A stretch of 64,000 nt of DNA from Myxococcota bacterium (GTDB taxonomy: Bacteria; Myxococcota_A; UBA9160; UBA4427). Under the pieces are notes generated by a model, which had not been told where the DNA came from, did no database searches, and worked only from the letters and a program-made list of their open reading frames with translations. This document shows, piece by piece, positions 40,296 through 49,773 of this stretch. Position 1 is the first letter of the stretch. Each line of letters begins with the position of its first letter. The translations under genes and the position numbers were made by a program. The stretch covers positions 2,016,001 to 2,080,000 of the forward strand of contig OZ252299.1 of the NCBI GenBank assembly GCA_965250285.1, in the 5' to 3' direction.

Positions 40296-40640
40296 TCAGT
40301 CCTCGCCGCGCGTCGCCCAGCGCCGCGCCGACTCGGCGTAGCGCAGCTTGCCGGCCGCCTCGGCCGCGTCGCCGAGCGCGAGCCAGCGATCGGCCGACGG
40401 CGCCTCGCCGAGCGCCTGCCCGACGGCGCGAAACAGGAAGGCGTCGCCTTCCTCGACGGCCCGGTCGGCGAGCGCGCGCAGTCGATCGGTCGCGTTCGCC
40501 TTCTCGAGGAACACCACCGCCTCGGATCCGCGCCCCTCTTCGAGGTACGCGTCGGCCAGCTCGACGGCCTTCTCGGGGCTGAGCTCTCGTTCGATCAGGT
40601 GGCGCCGCTCGAGCGGCCCCGGGATCTTGCTCTTCGCCAT
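40296..40640 (-). CDS. Hypothetical helical (TPR-like) protein
   Basis: ATG at 40640; codon pattern fits coding; lies between moeB and the SCP2 gene on the same strand. Confidence 0.7.
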   Translation of the reverse strand: MAKSKIPGPLERRHLIERELSPEKAVELADAYLEEGRGSEAVVFLEKANATDRLRALADRAVEEGDAFLFRAVGQALGEAPSADRWLALGDAAEAAGKLRYAESARRWATRGED

Positions 40641-40728
40641 GCGACTCGCTCCATCGAGACGCGGCCGCCGTACGGGCGCCGCGTCCGGTTCGCGCGACCG
40701 CACCTCGCCGGGCACGCGTTCGTTCGGT

Positions 40729-41913
40729 CTAGTACCTCGGCACCGTGGGATCGACGGTGAGCGACCATGCCTCGATGCCCCCGTCGAGCTGCTCGACCTG
40801 CTCGAAGCCCGCGTCGATCAGGGCCCGGCCTGCCTTCTCACTGCGCGGGCCGTGATGACAGTGCACGACGACGGGTCGATCGCGGTAGGGCTCGATCTCG
40901 GCGATCCGCTCGGGCAGTTCGGCGAGCGGAATCAGCGTGGCGCCCTCGATGTGCGCGCGTTCGAACTCGTCGCGGTCGCGCACGTCGAGCAGCAGCAGGT
41001 CGTCTCGACGGGCGCGGCGTTCGGCGAGCGTCGACGCCGAGATGCCCGGCACGTGCGCCAGCCGCTCGTCGGCCGAAGGCAGGCCACAGAACCCGTCGTA
41101 GTCGATCAGCTCGGTCACCGTCGGGTGCTCACCGCACACCGGACAGCCGGGATCCTTCTTCAGCGTGAACTCGGTGAACTCCATCGCGAGCGCATCGTAG
41201 AGCAGCAGCCGGCCGACCAGCGTACGACCGATGCCGGTGAGCAGCTTGACCGCCTCGGTCGCCTGGATCAGCGCCACGATCCCCGGCAGCACCCCGAGCA
41301 CGCCCCCCTCGGCACAGGAGGGCACGCTCCCCGGCGGCGGCGGCTCGGGATAGAGGCAGCGGTAACACGGCCCGTGCTCGGCGTCGAACACGCCGGCCTG
41401 CCCGTCGAAACGGAAGATCGACCCGTAGACGTTCGGGATGCCGAGCATCACGCACGCATCGTTGGTGAGGTAGCGCGTGGGAAAGTTGTCGGTGCCGTCG
41501 ATGACGAGGTCGTGACCGCGGAACACGTCGAGCGCGTTGGACGAGTCGAGGCGCATCTGATGCGTGCGGACGTCGACGTCGGGGTTCTGCGCCCGCACCC
41601 GCTCGGCAGCGACCTCGACCTTCGGCCTTCCGACGTCGGCGGTCCCGAAGAGGATCTGGCGCTGCAGGTTCGACATGTCGACGACGTCATCGTCGACGAG
41701 CGTGAGCCCGCCGATCCCCGCCGCCGCGAGATACTGCGCGAGCGGACAGCCGAGCCCGCCGGCCCCCACGATCGCGACCCGCGCGCCGAGCAGCTTCTGC
41801 TGCGCCTCCACCCCGAACTCGGGGAGGATCAGATGCCGCCGGTACCGCTCGAACTGCTCGGGCCGAAGCGGTGCCGCGCGGGGCGGAATGGAAGAAGACG
41901 AAGATCGAGTCAT
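40729..41913 (-). CDS. moeB: MoeB/ThiF adenylyltransferase with C-terminal rhodanese (MoeZ type)
   Basis: RYRRHLILPE, GAGGLG, SNLQRQ, PCYRCLY, SCAEGGVLG, CPVCG, rhodanese DVR..CHHG.RS. Confidence 0.94.
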   Translation of the reverse strand: MTRSSSSSIPPRAAPLRPEQFERYRRHLILPEFGVEAQQKLLGARVAIVGAGGLGCPLAQYLAAAGIGGLTLVDDDVVDMSNLQRQILFGTADVGRPKVEVAAERVRAQNPDVDVRTHQMRLDSSNALDVFRGHDLVIDGTDNFPTRYLTNDACVMLGIPNVYGSIFRFDGQAGVFDAEHGPCYRCLYPEPPPPGSVPSCAEGGVLGVLPGIVALIQATEAVKLLTGIGRTLVGRLLLYDALAMEFTEFTLKKDPGCPVCGEHPTVTELIDYDGFCGLPSADERLAHVPGISASTLAERRARRDDLLLLDVRDRDEFERAHIEGATLIPLAELPERIAEIEPYRDRPVVVHCHHGPRSEKAGRALIDAGFEQVEQLDGGIEAWSLTVDPTVPRY

Positions 41914-42229
41914 GGCCTCACCCGAAAGGAAAGCAGGAGATGCCCCCAGGCTCCACTCTGATGCCCGCGCAGCCAAGGGGTGGCCAAGAGTCAGCTCCCC
42001 GAGGACGCCCAAGCCGCACAGCGCCACCCGTCCTCGCCCCGCGCAGGAGCCGCAACGACCCGCCCAGGCGTTCAGCTGCGGGCGAATCGAAGCCCCTCCG
42101 GTCGCCCTGCCGAACGCGCTCGAAATGGCTCCGCAGCAGGCTCAGCAGATGCGCAGCCCGACTGCTGCAACGCCTAGCGGAAGCCCCCGCTCGAAACGCC
42201 CGCTGGCCGAAGCCGCCAAAGCCGGCCCC

Positions 42230-42559
42230 CTACTCCTCGCGCGGCACCAGCACCTCGACCTTGTACGCCTTGCGCGGCTTGTCGATGAACTTCCAGGAGA
42301 CGGTCACCCAGTCGCCCTTCTTGAGCGACTTCCACGAGGTCTTCCCCTCTTCGGTCTCGCTGCTCACCTCGACGTCGTCCGCGGGAACGAACGAGACTTT
42401 GTCGCCCATCCGGTTGTCGACGATCATCTTCTTCGCGCTGACGCGGTCGATTCGGCCGGTGAATTCGCGCATCTGTGCGGCGGCGAGGCCGGGCGCGATC
42501 AGGGCGACCGATGCGACGAGCGCGAGGGTCAGGGCGAGACGTCGGAGGTTCGGCTTCAT
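42230..42559 (-). CDS. Secreted small beta/OB-fold-like hypothetical protein
   Basis: Signal peptide MKPNLRRLALTLAL..AAA; FTGRI..V, LKKGDWVTVSW. Confidence 0.75.
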   Translation of the reverse strand: MKPNLRRLALTLALVASVALIAPGLAAAQMREFTGRIDRVSAKKMIVDNRMGDKVSFVPADDVEVSSETEEGKTSWKSLKKGDWVTVSWKFIDKPRKAYKVEVLVPREE

Positions 42560-42780
42560 GATGGAAGACTCCTTTGGCTCGAGCCGACGCGGGGCCGGTG
42601 AGTTGTCGCATCGAGGCGTTTGCTTCCGGCTCTCTGTTCGACCGTGATCGAGCCTGGCCAGTTCGGGCGGCGCCGGGGTGACCCTGCAACCGAGCGCGGC
42701 ACTCCGCGCGGGCGTGCGGCTCTGTTCGATCTCGGCTCGATCTCGCTGCGATTCGGGTCGGGGCTCGACCTCGTGCGCGT

Positions 42781-42803
42781 CTCGCTCGACCGAATCGAGC
42801 GAG
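42781..42803 (-). terminator. Hairpin downstream of tRNA-Leu
   Basis: CTCGCTCGA-ccgaa-TCGAGCGAG, 9-bp stem; no clear U-tract. Confidence 0.35.
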
Positions 42804-42817
42804 CAGGCTGAGGTGGG

Positions 42818-42901
42818 TGCCGGAGGCGGGACTCGAACCCGCACGATGTCACCACCGGGCGATTTTGAGTCGCCTGCGTCTACCAGTTCCGCCACTCCGG
42901 C
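42818..42901 (-). tRNA. tRNA-Leu (anticodon CAA)
   Basis: GCCGGAGTGGCGGAACTGGTAGACGCAGGCGACTCAAAATCGCC...GGTTCGAGTCCCGCCTCCGGCA; long variable arm; TATGAT -10 at 42912-42917. Confidence 0.97.
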
Positions 42902-42986
42902 AGGCGGCGCGATCATACCGCGCCCATGGGCCACGCGCTGAGGTGCTGCGGGGGCGTCGCGACCGCTGCGCTCGCCTCGACCACCT

Positions 42987-43014
42987 TTGACTCTCGGGGA
43001 AGCTGGGTTAGTTT
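42987..43014 (+). promoter_or_regulatory. Putative promoter of tRNA-Ala
   Basis: TTGACT-N16-TAGTTT, 12 nt before the tRNA. Confidence 0.55.
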
Positions 43015-43026
43015 CCCGGCCCTCGT

Positions 43027-43102
43027 GGGGCCGTAGCTCAGTTGGGAGAGTGCTTGAATGGCATTCAAGAGGTCGCGGGTTCGATTCCCGCCGGCTCCAC
43101 CA
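43027..43102 (+). tRNA. tRNA-Ala (anticodon GGC)
   Basis: GGGGCCGTAGCTCAGTTGGGAGAG...TGGC...GGTTCGATTCCCGCCGGCTCCACCA; G3:U70 pair. Confidence 0.98.
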
Positions 43103-43288
43103 CCCCACCCTCTCCCGTGATGCCCGAGCGCTCGACATGAGAGCGCATGGGTCGCCGTCGAGCCGAGGTCGTGTGGCCGACCGCCGGCACGGGCCATCCA
43201 AACATCGCCCCAGACCCCGCGCATGAACGGGACGCCGCTCGCGGCGCGCCTTTTCGTCTCAGCTCGTCTCAGCGCTTCGCGTTGCGGC

Positions 43289-44227
43289 CTAGTCGGGCTC
43301 TGGCGCCAGGCCGTAGTCGGCCCAGTCGACCTCTTCGCACGCGTCGCCAATGCAGACCTCGAACGTGTCGCAATCGAGGAACTCGACGGACGCGAAGGTC
43401 GCGTCGCCCCCGACGAGCTGGATGAACCCCTGGCTCGGCGCCCCGTTCACGCAGTCGAATACGACGGGCTCGGTGGTCTCGATCGAGATCTGACCGTGCG
43501 CCGGATCGGTCACCTTGGCCGAAACGCTGTAGCCATTCGCGTCGTCGCCGGTCACGTTCGCATCCTCGATGTCGTAGCTGCGTCCGTCGAGCCCGGAGAA
43601 GCTGTTCGACTCCGTGCAGACGATCGCTTCCGGGTTCGACAGGTTCCGACACGACACCGTCGTGGCCCAGCCGTCGAAACAGCGCTGCGCGTCGAGCGGG
43701 ATCACCGTGACGCAGAAGTCGTCGTACGCGACGGTCGCGGTGTACGAATCGTCGCCGAAGGCCACGGTCGTAACGATGTCACCGTCATACTCGATGTCTT
43801 CGCTGAGGCCACACTCGTCATAGCGCGTCGTCGTCGAGGGGCCGTCTTCGAGCGTCGTCATCGTCCCGCCGAAGGGGCAGCTCTCTGGTGCAGAGCTCGC
43901 GAATGCCGCGAGGGCTTCGTCCGCGACCGAGACGGCCTCGGCGTGCGCGGCCGCGGCCGCGACGCGCCCCGCCTCGCTCTCGTACGCGGTCGCGGTGATG
44001 GGCGCCCCCGCTCCCGGCAGCCCGTCCTGGTCGATCGCGGCGCGGGCGCCCGACGTCGCAGCAACGGCCAGATCGTTCACGTTGCCGTCGACGATCTCGG
44101 CATCGCCGGTCGACGCGTCTGCGCCGGGAGCGGGCTCCCCTTCGTTGTTGCACGCCGTCCCGGCCAGAGCGAAGAGCAGCGGCGTGATGACCCATAGAGA
44201 TCGCGATTTCCGCGTGTCGATGCACAT
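43289..44227 (-). CDS. Cys-rich acidic lipoprotein, hypothetical
   Basis: Lipobox-like LAGTAC; SCPFGG and further Cys pairs. Confidence 0.78.
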   Translation of the reverse strand: MCIDTRKSRSLWVITPLLFALAGTACNNEGEPAPGADASTGDAEIVDGNVNDLAVAATSGARAAIDQDGLPGAGAPITATAYESEAGRVAAAAAHAEAVSVADEALAAFASSAPESCPFGGTMTTLEDGPSTTTRYDECGLSEDIEYDGDIVTTVAFGDDSYTATVAYDDFCVTVIPLDAQRCFDGWATTVSCRNLSNPEAIVCTESNSFSGLDGRSYDIEDANVTGDDANGYSVSAKVTDPAHGQISIETTEPVVFDCVNGAPSQGFIQLVGGDATFASVEFLDCDTFEVCIGDACEEVDWADYGLAPEPD

Positions 44228-44444
44228 GGCTGGTTCTCCCCGGTCGATCGTGAGGACTCCATGGTCGCACGAATCGCGCGCTGAGCGGAGGCAAACAGTC
44301 GCGCCGGGACACTTCGGAGTGTCCCATTCTCATGTCACCCCGGTCGCCCCCTCGTGGCACCGAGGCAACGAGAGCGAGACCCCGCTGACGGACCCACCAG
44401 GGGGCCTGCCTTCGGACGGCTCCATCGGCGCGCGCCGATCGTCG

Positions 44445-44520
44445 ATGCGGGCGCGGGTGCGGGTGCGAGTGCGTGCGCCGGTGCGGGTGCGGGTGCGTGC
44501 GCGGGTGCGGATGCGGGCGC
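44445..44520. repeat. Degenerate (GTGCGG)n hexamer microsatellite
   Basis: About 12 imperfect units in an intergenic region. Confidence 0.75.
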
Positions 44521-44690
44521 CGCGTCGCCGGCCGAGGGACGGCTGCGGGCCCCGCCGAAACGCTCGGGACTCGCTCAATCGGTCGCGCCAGGCGTCCAAT
44601 CGGGCACGGCGGGGATGGTGCCGGCGTCCCGCGCGCGTTCCGGTCTCGCGCGCCGGCGGCTTCCACGCTCAGCCACCCTTGTCCCCGTTC

Positions 44691-44704
44691 TAGAACGTGT
44701 TCTA
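44691..44704. promoter_or_regulatory. KstR-type operator 1
   Basis: TAGAACGTGTTCTA inside a putative promoter TTGTCC(44679)-N18-TAGCAT(44703) upstream of the OB-fold/ltp operon. Confidence 0.85.
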
Positions 44705-44784
44705 GCATCGGCCTCCGCTCGCGAGTCGACCGACGACGGTCTGCGTTCGCGCGCGCCCACCCGACCCATTCGAGGGAGTCCGAG

Positions 44785-45252
44785 ATGAGTGAGGCCAGCG
44801 CAGCCGGCGGTGCGACGCTCCGCGCGCCGCATCGGCTCGAGTACACGTACAAGCGGTCGCTCGGCGACGTGCTCGGTCGCTTCTTTACCAGCCTGCGGGC
44901 TGGCAAGATCGAGGGCGTGAAGACGACCGATGGTCGCGTGCTCGTGCCGCCGTCCGAGTACGACCCGAACACCGGCGAGTCGACGACCGGCGAGTGGGTC
45001 GAGGTCGGGCCCGGCGGCACCGTCGAGGCCTGGTCGTGGATCCCGAACCCGCGCCGCAAGCACCCCCTCGACCACGCCTTCGCCTTCGCGCTCGTGAAGC
45101 TCGACGGCGCCGATACCGCCCTGCTCCACGCCGTCGATGCAGGGGACGAGGGCCGAATGTCGACGGGCATGCGGGTCACGGCGAAGTTCGCGGATGCGCC
45201 AGCGGGCGGCATCCTCGACCTCGCGCATTTCGTGCCGGAGGAGGCGTCATGA
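44785..45252 (+). CDS. DUF35/OB-fold protein resembling the N-terminal half of Rv3521
   Basis: LEYTYKRSLG..LGRFF, DGRVLVPP.EYDP.TGE, FALVKLDGADT.LLHAVD; no Zn cysteines. Confidence 0.85.
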   Translation: MSEASAAGGATLRAPHRLEYTYKRSLGDVLGRFFTSLRAGKIEGVKTTDGRVLVPPSEYDPNTGESTTGEWVEVGPGGTVEAWSWIPNPRRKHPLDHAFAFALVKLDGADTALLHAVDAGDEGRMSTGMRVTAKFADAPAGGILDLAHFVPEEAS

Positions 45253-45746
45253 GCGAAGAACAGGGCGACGTGAAGGTCATCCGAACCCCGGTCGAGCTCG
45301 ACTACACCTACGGCCCCGGCGTGGCAGCCGATCGGTTCCTGCGCGCCATCAAGGTGGGCAAGATGCTCGGCTTTGCCTGCGAACAGTGCGGCCGGGTCTA
45401 CTTCCCGACGCGCGGCTCGTGCCCCCGATGCGCCAAGCCGACGACCAAAGAGGTCGAGGTCAAGGACACGGGCACCGTCATCACCTTCTCGGTCGTGCGC
45501 GTGCCGTCCGAGAACATCGAGGTCGAGCTGCCCTACTGCGCGGCCAATGTCCTCTTCGACGGTTCCGACATCAGCACCACCCTGCTCGTCCAGGAATGCA
45601 AGATGGAGGACATCCGCATCGGCATGCGAGTGAAGGCCGTGTGGCGCCCGAAAGAGGAGTGGGACTACACGCTCTCGAACATCAAGTACGTCAAGCCCCT
45701 CGACGAGCCCGACGTCCCGTTCGACGAGATCAAGGAGTACTCCTGA
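45249..45746 (+). CDS. DUF35 Zn-ribbon/OB-fold protein resembling the C-terminal half of Rv3521
   Basis: GGAGGAGG RBS and ATGA overlap; CEQC..VYFP..G.CPRC, IGMRVKAVW.P.EEW. Confidence 0.87.
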   Translation: MSEEQGDVKVIRTPVELDYTYGPGVAADRFLRAIKVGKMLGFACEQCGRVYFPTRGSCPRCAKPTTKEVEVKDTGTVITFSVVRVPSENIEVELPYCAANVLFDGSDISTTLLVQECKMEDIRIGMRVKAVWRPKEEWDYTLSNIKYVKPLDEPDVPFDEIKEYS

Positions 45747-46798
45747 TGCGCGACGTCGCAGTCATTTCCTATGCGCAGAGCAAGAACGTGCGGAGCGAGA
45801 CCGAGCTCAACGAGGTCGAGATGCTCATGCCGGTCATCGAAGAGGCCGTGAAGGGCTCGGGCATGGACCGCCACGACATCGGGTTCACGTGCTCGGGCTC
45901 GACCGACTACCTGTCGGGTCAGAGCTTCGCCTTCGTGGGCGCGGTCGACGCCGTCGGCGCCTGGCCGCCGATCGTCGAGAGCCACGTCGAGATGGACGGC
46001 GCATGGGCGCTGTACGAGTCGTGGGTGAAGATCCAGTGCGGTGAGGTCGACTCGGCGCTGATCTTCAGCTTCGGGCGATCGTCGATGGGCGAGACCGCAG
46101 AGACGCTGACCCTTCAGACCGACCCGTACACGATGGCCCCGCTCGGGCCCGACGCGATCAGCATGGCCGCGCTCCAGGCGCGAGCGGGCCTCGACCAGGG
46201 CGTCTATACCGAACGCGACATGGCCGAGGCGGCCGTCAACAGCCGGCGCAACGGTCAGTCGAACCCCGATGCCCAGCTGACCGGCGACTTCGACGTCGAT
46301 GCGCTGCTCGCCGAGCCGTACATCGCGTCGCCCCTGCGCAAGCACGACTGCCCCCCCGTCAGCGACGGCTGCGCGGCGATGGTGATTGCGGCCGACGAAA
46401 CCGCACGCCAGTACTCGAAGAACCCCGTGTGGATCCGCGGGCTCGAGCACCGTTACGACAGCCACCAGCTCGGGACCCGGGATCTGTCGACCTCGCCTTC
46501 GACCGAAGCCGCCGGCCGGGCTGCGGCCATCGGTGACGTCGACTTCGCCGAGCTGCATGCCCCGTTCACGCATCAGGAGCTGATCGTGAAGAAGGCGCTC
46601 GGCCTCGGCGAAGGGGTCAAGATCAACCCGTCGGGCGGTCCGCTCTCGGGCAACCCGATCATGACGGCCGGGCTCGCGCGCATCGGTGAGTCGTTCCGCC
46701 AGATTCAGGCGGGCCACGGTCGCCGCGGCGTCGCCACCGCGACGTCGGGCCCGTGTCTGCAGCAGAACCTCGTGTGCGTTCTCGAGGGAGGGGAGTAG
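45746..46798 (+). CDS. ltp4: SCP-x-type thiolase-fold protein Ltp4
   Basis: MRDVAV, EVEMLMP, CSGSTDYLSGQSF.F, ESHVEMDGAWALYE, SGPCLQQNLVCVL. Confidence 0.88.
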   Translation: MRDVAVISYAQSKNVRSETELNEVEMLMPVIEEAVKGSGMDRHDIGFTCSGSTDYLSGQSFAFVGAVDAVGAWPPIVESHVEMDGAWALYESWVKIQCGEVDSALIFSFGRSSMGETAETLTLQTDPYTMAPLGPDAISMAALQARAGLDQGVYTERDMAEAAVNSRRNGQSNPDAQLTGDFDVDALLAEPYIASPLRKHDCPPVSDGCAAMVIAADETARQYSKNPVWIRGLEHRYDSHQLGTRDLSTSPSTEAAGRAAAIGDVDFAELHAPFTHQELIVKKALGLGEGVKINPSGGPLSGNPIMTAGLARIGESFRQIQAGHGRRGVATATSGPCLQQNLVCVLEGGE

Positions 46799-46800
46799 TC

Positions 46801-47958
46801 ATGGCAGAGCACGCCGCCGTCATCGGCATCGGCCAGACCAAGTACGACGCCAAGCGCGAAGACGTCTCGATGGTGGGACTGGTCCGCGAGGCCGCGCAGC
46901 GCGCCCTCGAAGACGCGAACCTCGACTGGAAGGACATCGACGCCGTCGTCATCGGCAAGGCTCCCGACCTGTTCGAGGGCGTGATGATGCCCGAGCTCTT
47001 CCTCGCCGAGGCGCTCGGTGGCGTCGGCAAGCCGATGCTGCGCGTCCACACGGCGGGCAGCGTCGGCGGATCGACGGGCATCGTCGCGTCGAGCCTCGTC
47101 CAGGCTGGCATCCACAAACGCGTGCTCACCGTCTGCTACGAGAAGCAGTCCGAGAGCAACGCAATGTGGGCGCTCTCGATCAAGATGCCCTTCGCCCAGG
47201 CGATGGTCGCCGGCGCCGGTGGCTTCTTCGCGCCGCTGATCCGCGGCTACATGGCGCGCTCGGGTGCCCCCGAAGACACGGGCATCCGCGTCGCACTCAA
47301 AGATCGGCTGAACGCGCTGAAGAACCCGCTGGCCCACCTGAAGCTGCCCGACGTGACGTTCGAGATGATCGAGTCGTCACCGATGCTCTGGGATCCCGTG
47401 CGCTACCTCGAGACCTGCCCGTCGAGCGATGGGGCGTGTGCGATGGTCATCGGCGACGCGGCGGCCGCGAAGGCATCGCCGGGGAAGCCGGCCTGGATTC
47501 ACGCGACCCAGATGAAAACCGAGCCCACCATGTTCGCCGGCCGCGACCAGGTCATGCCGAAGGCGGGCATGGAGTGCGCGAGCGATCTCTACAAGAAGGC
47601 TGGGATCACGAACCCGCGCGAGGAGATCGACTGCGCCGAGGTCTACGTGCCCTTCAGTTGGTTCGAGCCGATGTGGATGGAGAATCTGCACTTCGCGCCG
47701 ATCAACGAGGGCTGGAAGATGACCTACGAGGGCGCGACGGCCCTCGACGGCGACCTGCCCATCAACATGTCCGGCGGCGTGCTCTCGAGCAACGCCATCG
47801 GTGCTTCGGGCCTGATCCGGTTCGCCGAAGCGGCGATGCAGGTGCGCGGCCAGGCCGGCGAACACCAGGTCGACGGCGCGCGCAAGGCCCTCGGCCACGC
47901 CTACGGCGGCGGCTCGCAGTACTTCTCGATGTGGATCGTGGGCGACCAGCCGCTCTAG
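46801..47958 (+). CDS. ltp3: SCP-x-type thiolase-fold protein Ltp3
   Basis: GKAPDLFEGVMMPEL, RVHTAGSVGGST, EKQSESNAMWALS, LGHAYGGGSQYFSMW. Confidence 0.92.
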   Translation: MAEHAAVIGIGQTKYDAKREDVSMVGLVREAAQRALEDANLDWKDIDAVVIGKAPDLFEGVMMPELFLAEALGGVGKPMLRVHTAGSVGGSTGIVASSLVQAGIHKRVLTVCYEKQSESNAMWALSIKMPFAQAMVAGAGGFFAPLIRGYMARSGAPEDTGIRVALKDRLNALKNPLAHLKLPDVTFEMIESSPMLWDPVRYLETCPSSDGACAMVIGDAAAAKASPGKPAWIHATQMKTEPTMFAGRDQVMPKAGMECASDLYKKAGITNPREEIDCAEVYVPFSWFEPMWMENLHFAPINEGWKMTYEGATALDGDLPINMSGGVLSSNAIGASGLIRFAEAAMQVRGQAGEHQVDGARKALGHAYGGGSQYFSMWIVGDQPL

Positions 47959-47989
47959 GCGCGCGGCGAATCGATCCGATCACGCACCA

Positions 47990-48019
47990 CGAGGGCCGCG
48001 AGTTCGTTCGCGGCCCTCG
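47990..48019. other. Perfect 12-bp intergenic hairpin between ltp3 and the acyl-CoA ligase
   Basis: CGAGGGCCGCGA-gttcgt-TCGCGGCCCTCG. Confidence 0.7.
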
Positions 48020-48037
48020 CTCATTCAGGAGAACGTC

Positions 48038-49585
48038 ATGTCCGAACTCGGCTTCTGGAGCCTCGCTCAGAAGAACCCCGACGCCCTCGCTCTGGTCGAC
48101 CCGAGCGGCCGCGAGTGGAGCCGCGGCGAGCTGCTCGCCGAAGCGAACCGCATCGCACAAGGCCTGCGCGCGAAGGGCCTCGGCAAGGGCGACTGCGTCG
48201 CGCTCGTGATGGAGAACTGCGCGGAGTTCGTGCAGATCAATCTCGCGATCACCCAGATCGGGATGTACATGACGCCGATCAACAACCATCTGACCGGGCC
48301 CGAGATCGCGTACATCCTGCAGGACAGCGGGGCGAAGATCTTCTTCGGCTCGGCCAAGTTCGCCGACGAGTGCCGGATCGCCCGCGACGAGGCCGACTTC
48401 GATTCGAACCAGTGCTACTCGGTCGGCGACCTCGACGGGTTCCAGGCATTCGACGCCATGAAGGAAGGTCAGCCCGACACCCTGCCCGACGACCGCTCGG
48501 CGGGCCAGGTGATGAACTACACGTCGGGCACGACCGGCAAGCCCAAGGGCGTGCGCCGGCCGCTGGCCGACATCTCCCCCGATCTCGTGGCCACGATGAC
48601 GACCGGCTTCCTGTCGATGTTCGACCTGCAGCCCGAGGACGACAACGTCCACATCTGCGGCTCACCGCTCTACCACACGGCCGTGCTGGTTTTCCTCTCG
48701 GCGTCGCTCCACATGGGTCACTCGGTCGTCTTGATGGAGAAGTGGTTGCCCGAGGACATGCTGCGGCTGATCGACCAGTACCGCGTGACCCAGAGCCACA
48801 TGGTGCCCACACAGTTCAACCGCCTGCTCAAGCTGCCCGAGGACGTGCGCGCGAAGTACGACGTATCGAGTCTGAGGGCCATGGTGCACGCGGCTGCGCC
48901 CTGCCCCGTCGAGACGAAGTGGAAGATGCTCGATTGGTGGGGCGACTCGATCTACGAGTACTACGCCGCCACCGAAGGCGGAGGCACGCTCGCCAAGCCC
49001 GCCGAATGGAGGGCGAACCCGGGCACGGTCGGCCAGGCCTGGCCCAACGCCGACGTCAAGATCTACGACGACGACGGCAACGAGCTCGGTCGCAACGAGG
49101 TCGGCACGATCTACATGCTGCTCGGCCAGGCCGACTTCGAATACAAGGACGCCAAGAAGAAGACGAAGGACAACCGCATCGGCAACTACTTCACCGTCGG
49201 CGACGTCGGCGAGCTCAACGACGACGGCTTCCTCTTCCTCCGTGACCGGAAGATCGACATGATCATCTCGGGCGGAGCCAACCTCTACCCGGCCGAGATC
49301 GAGGCCGAGCTGATCCAGCACCCGAAGGTTGCCGACGTCGCCGTGTTCGGGATCCCGAACGATGACTGGGGCGAAGAGATCAAGGCGGTGATCCAGCCGA
49401 TCGATGGCGTCGAAGCCAGCGACGCGCTCACCGACGAGATCCTCGAGTGGTGCGACGGCCGTCTCGCCAAGATGAAGCGGCCCAGGTCGATCGACTATCT
49501 CGCCGAGCTGCCGCGCGACCCGAACGGCAAGCTCTACAAGCGCAAGCTGCGCGATCCGTACTGGGAAGGTCGAGCGCAGCTCTGA
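48038..49585 (+). CDS. Acyl-CoA synthetase (AMP-forming)
   Basis: YTSGTTGKPKG, PLYHTA, HAAAPCP, YAATEG, GDVG, MIISGGAN.YPAEIE, GKLYKR. Confidence 0.94.
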   Translation: MSELGFWSLAQKNPDALALVDPSGREWSRGELLAEANRIAQGLRAKGLGKGDCVALVMENCAEFVQINLAITQIGMYMTPINNHLTGPEIAYILQDSGAKIFFGSAKFADECRIARDEADFDSNQCYSVGDLDGFQAFDAMKEGQPDTLPDDRSAGQVMNYTSGTTGKPKGVRRPLADISPDLVATMTTGFLSMFDLQPEDDNVHICGSPLYHTAVLVFLSASLHMGHSVVLMEKWLPEDMLRLIDQYRVTQSHMVPTQFNRLLKLPEDVRAKYDVSSLRAMVHAAAPCPVETKWKMLDWWGDSIYEYYAATEGGGTLAKPAEWRANPGTVGQAWPNADVKIYDDDGNELGRNEVGTIYMLLGQADFEYKDAKKKTKDNRIGNYFTVGDVGELNDDGFLFLRDRKIDMIISGGANLYPAEIEAELIQHPKVADVAVFGIPNDDWGEEIKAVIQPIDGVEASDALTDEILEWCDGRLAKMKRPRSIDYLAELPRDPNGKLYKRKLRDPYWEGRAQL

Positions 49586-49651
49586 GCCGACGCGTCCGCA
49601 GTGAGGCCGCGGGCTCGCCTGACCGCCAGTCCACTTTCCGATCGGAATCGC

Positions 49652-49684
49652 CGAGCCCCCTGTGATGCAGGGGGCTCGTTGCGT
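49652..49684 (+). terminator. Putative intrinsic terminator of the ltp/ligase operon
   Basis: CGAGCCCCCTG-tgatg-CAGGGGGCTCG followed by TTGCGTT. Confidence 0.6.
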
Positions 49685-49710
49685 TCGAGGCATGGAGCGA
49701 CACACGCTGG

Positions 49711-49740
49711 TTGACATCGCGTCCCGCCCCCCTGTAAGAG
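49711..49740 (+). promoter_or_regulatory. Putative sigma70 promoter of the BPI-like gene
   Basis: Perfect TTGACA, N18, then a weak TAAGAG. Confidence 0.35.
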
Positions 49741-49773
49741 GGACGTTCGAACCCGAAACCGCGAGGGCGCGCG

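Noticed and set aside
41930..42060. SAM-type riboswitch upstream of moeB (ATCAGAG-like core on the minus strand)
   Set aside because: The other conserved elements (GCAACC, kink-turn, P3) were not found.
44354..44788. Ala/Gly-rich ORF over the hexamer repeat
   Set aside because: Low-complexity translation, no RBS, and it overlaps the promoter/operator region.
48038..49585. Naming the ligase fadD19 or fadD17
   Set aside because: Its motifs fit a generic long-chain acyl-CoA synthetase subfamily; orthology cannot be assigned without a phylogeny.
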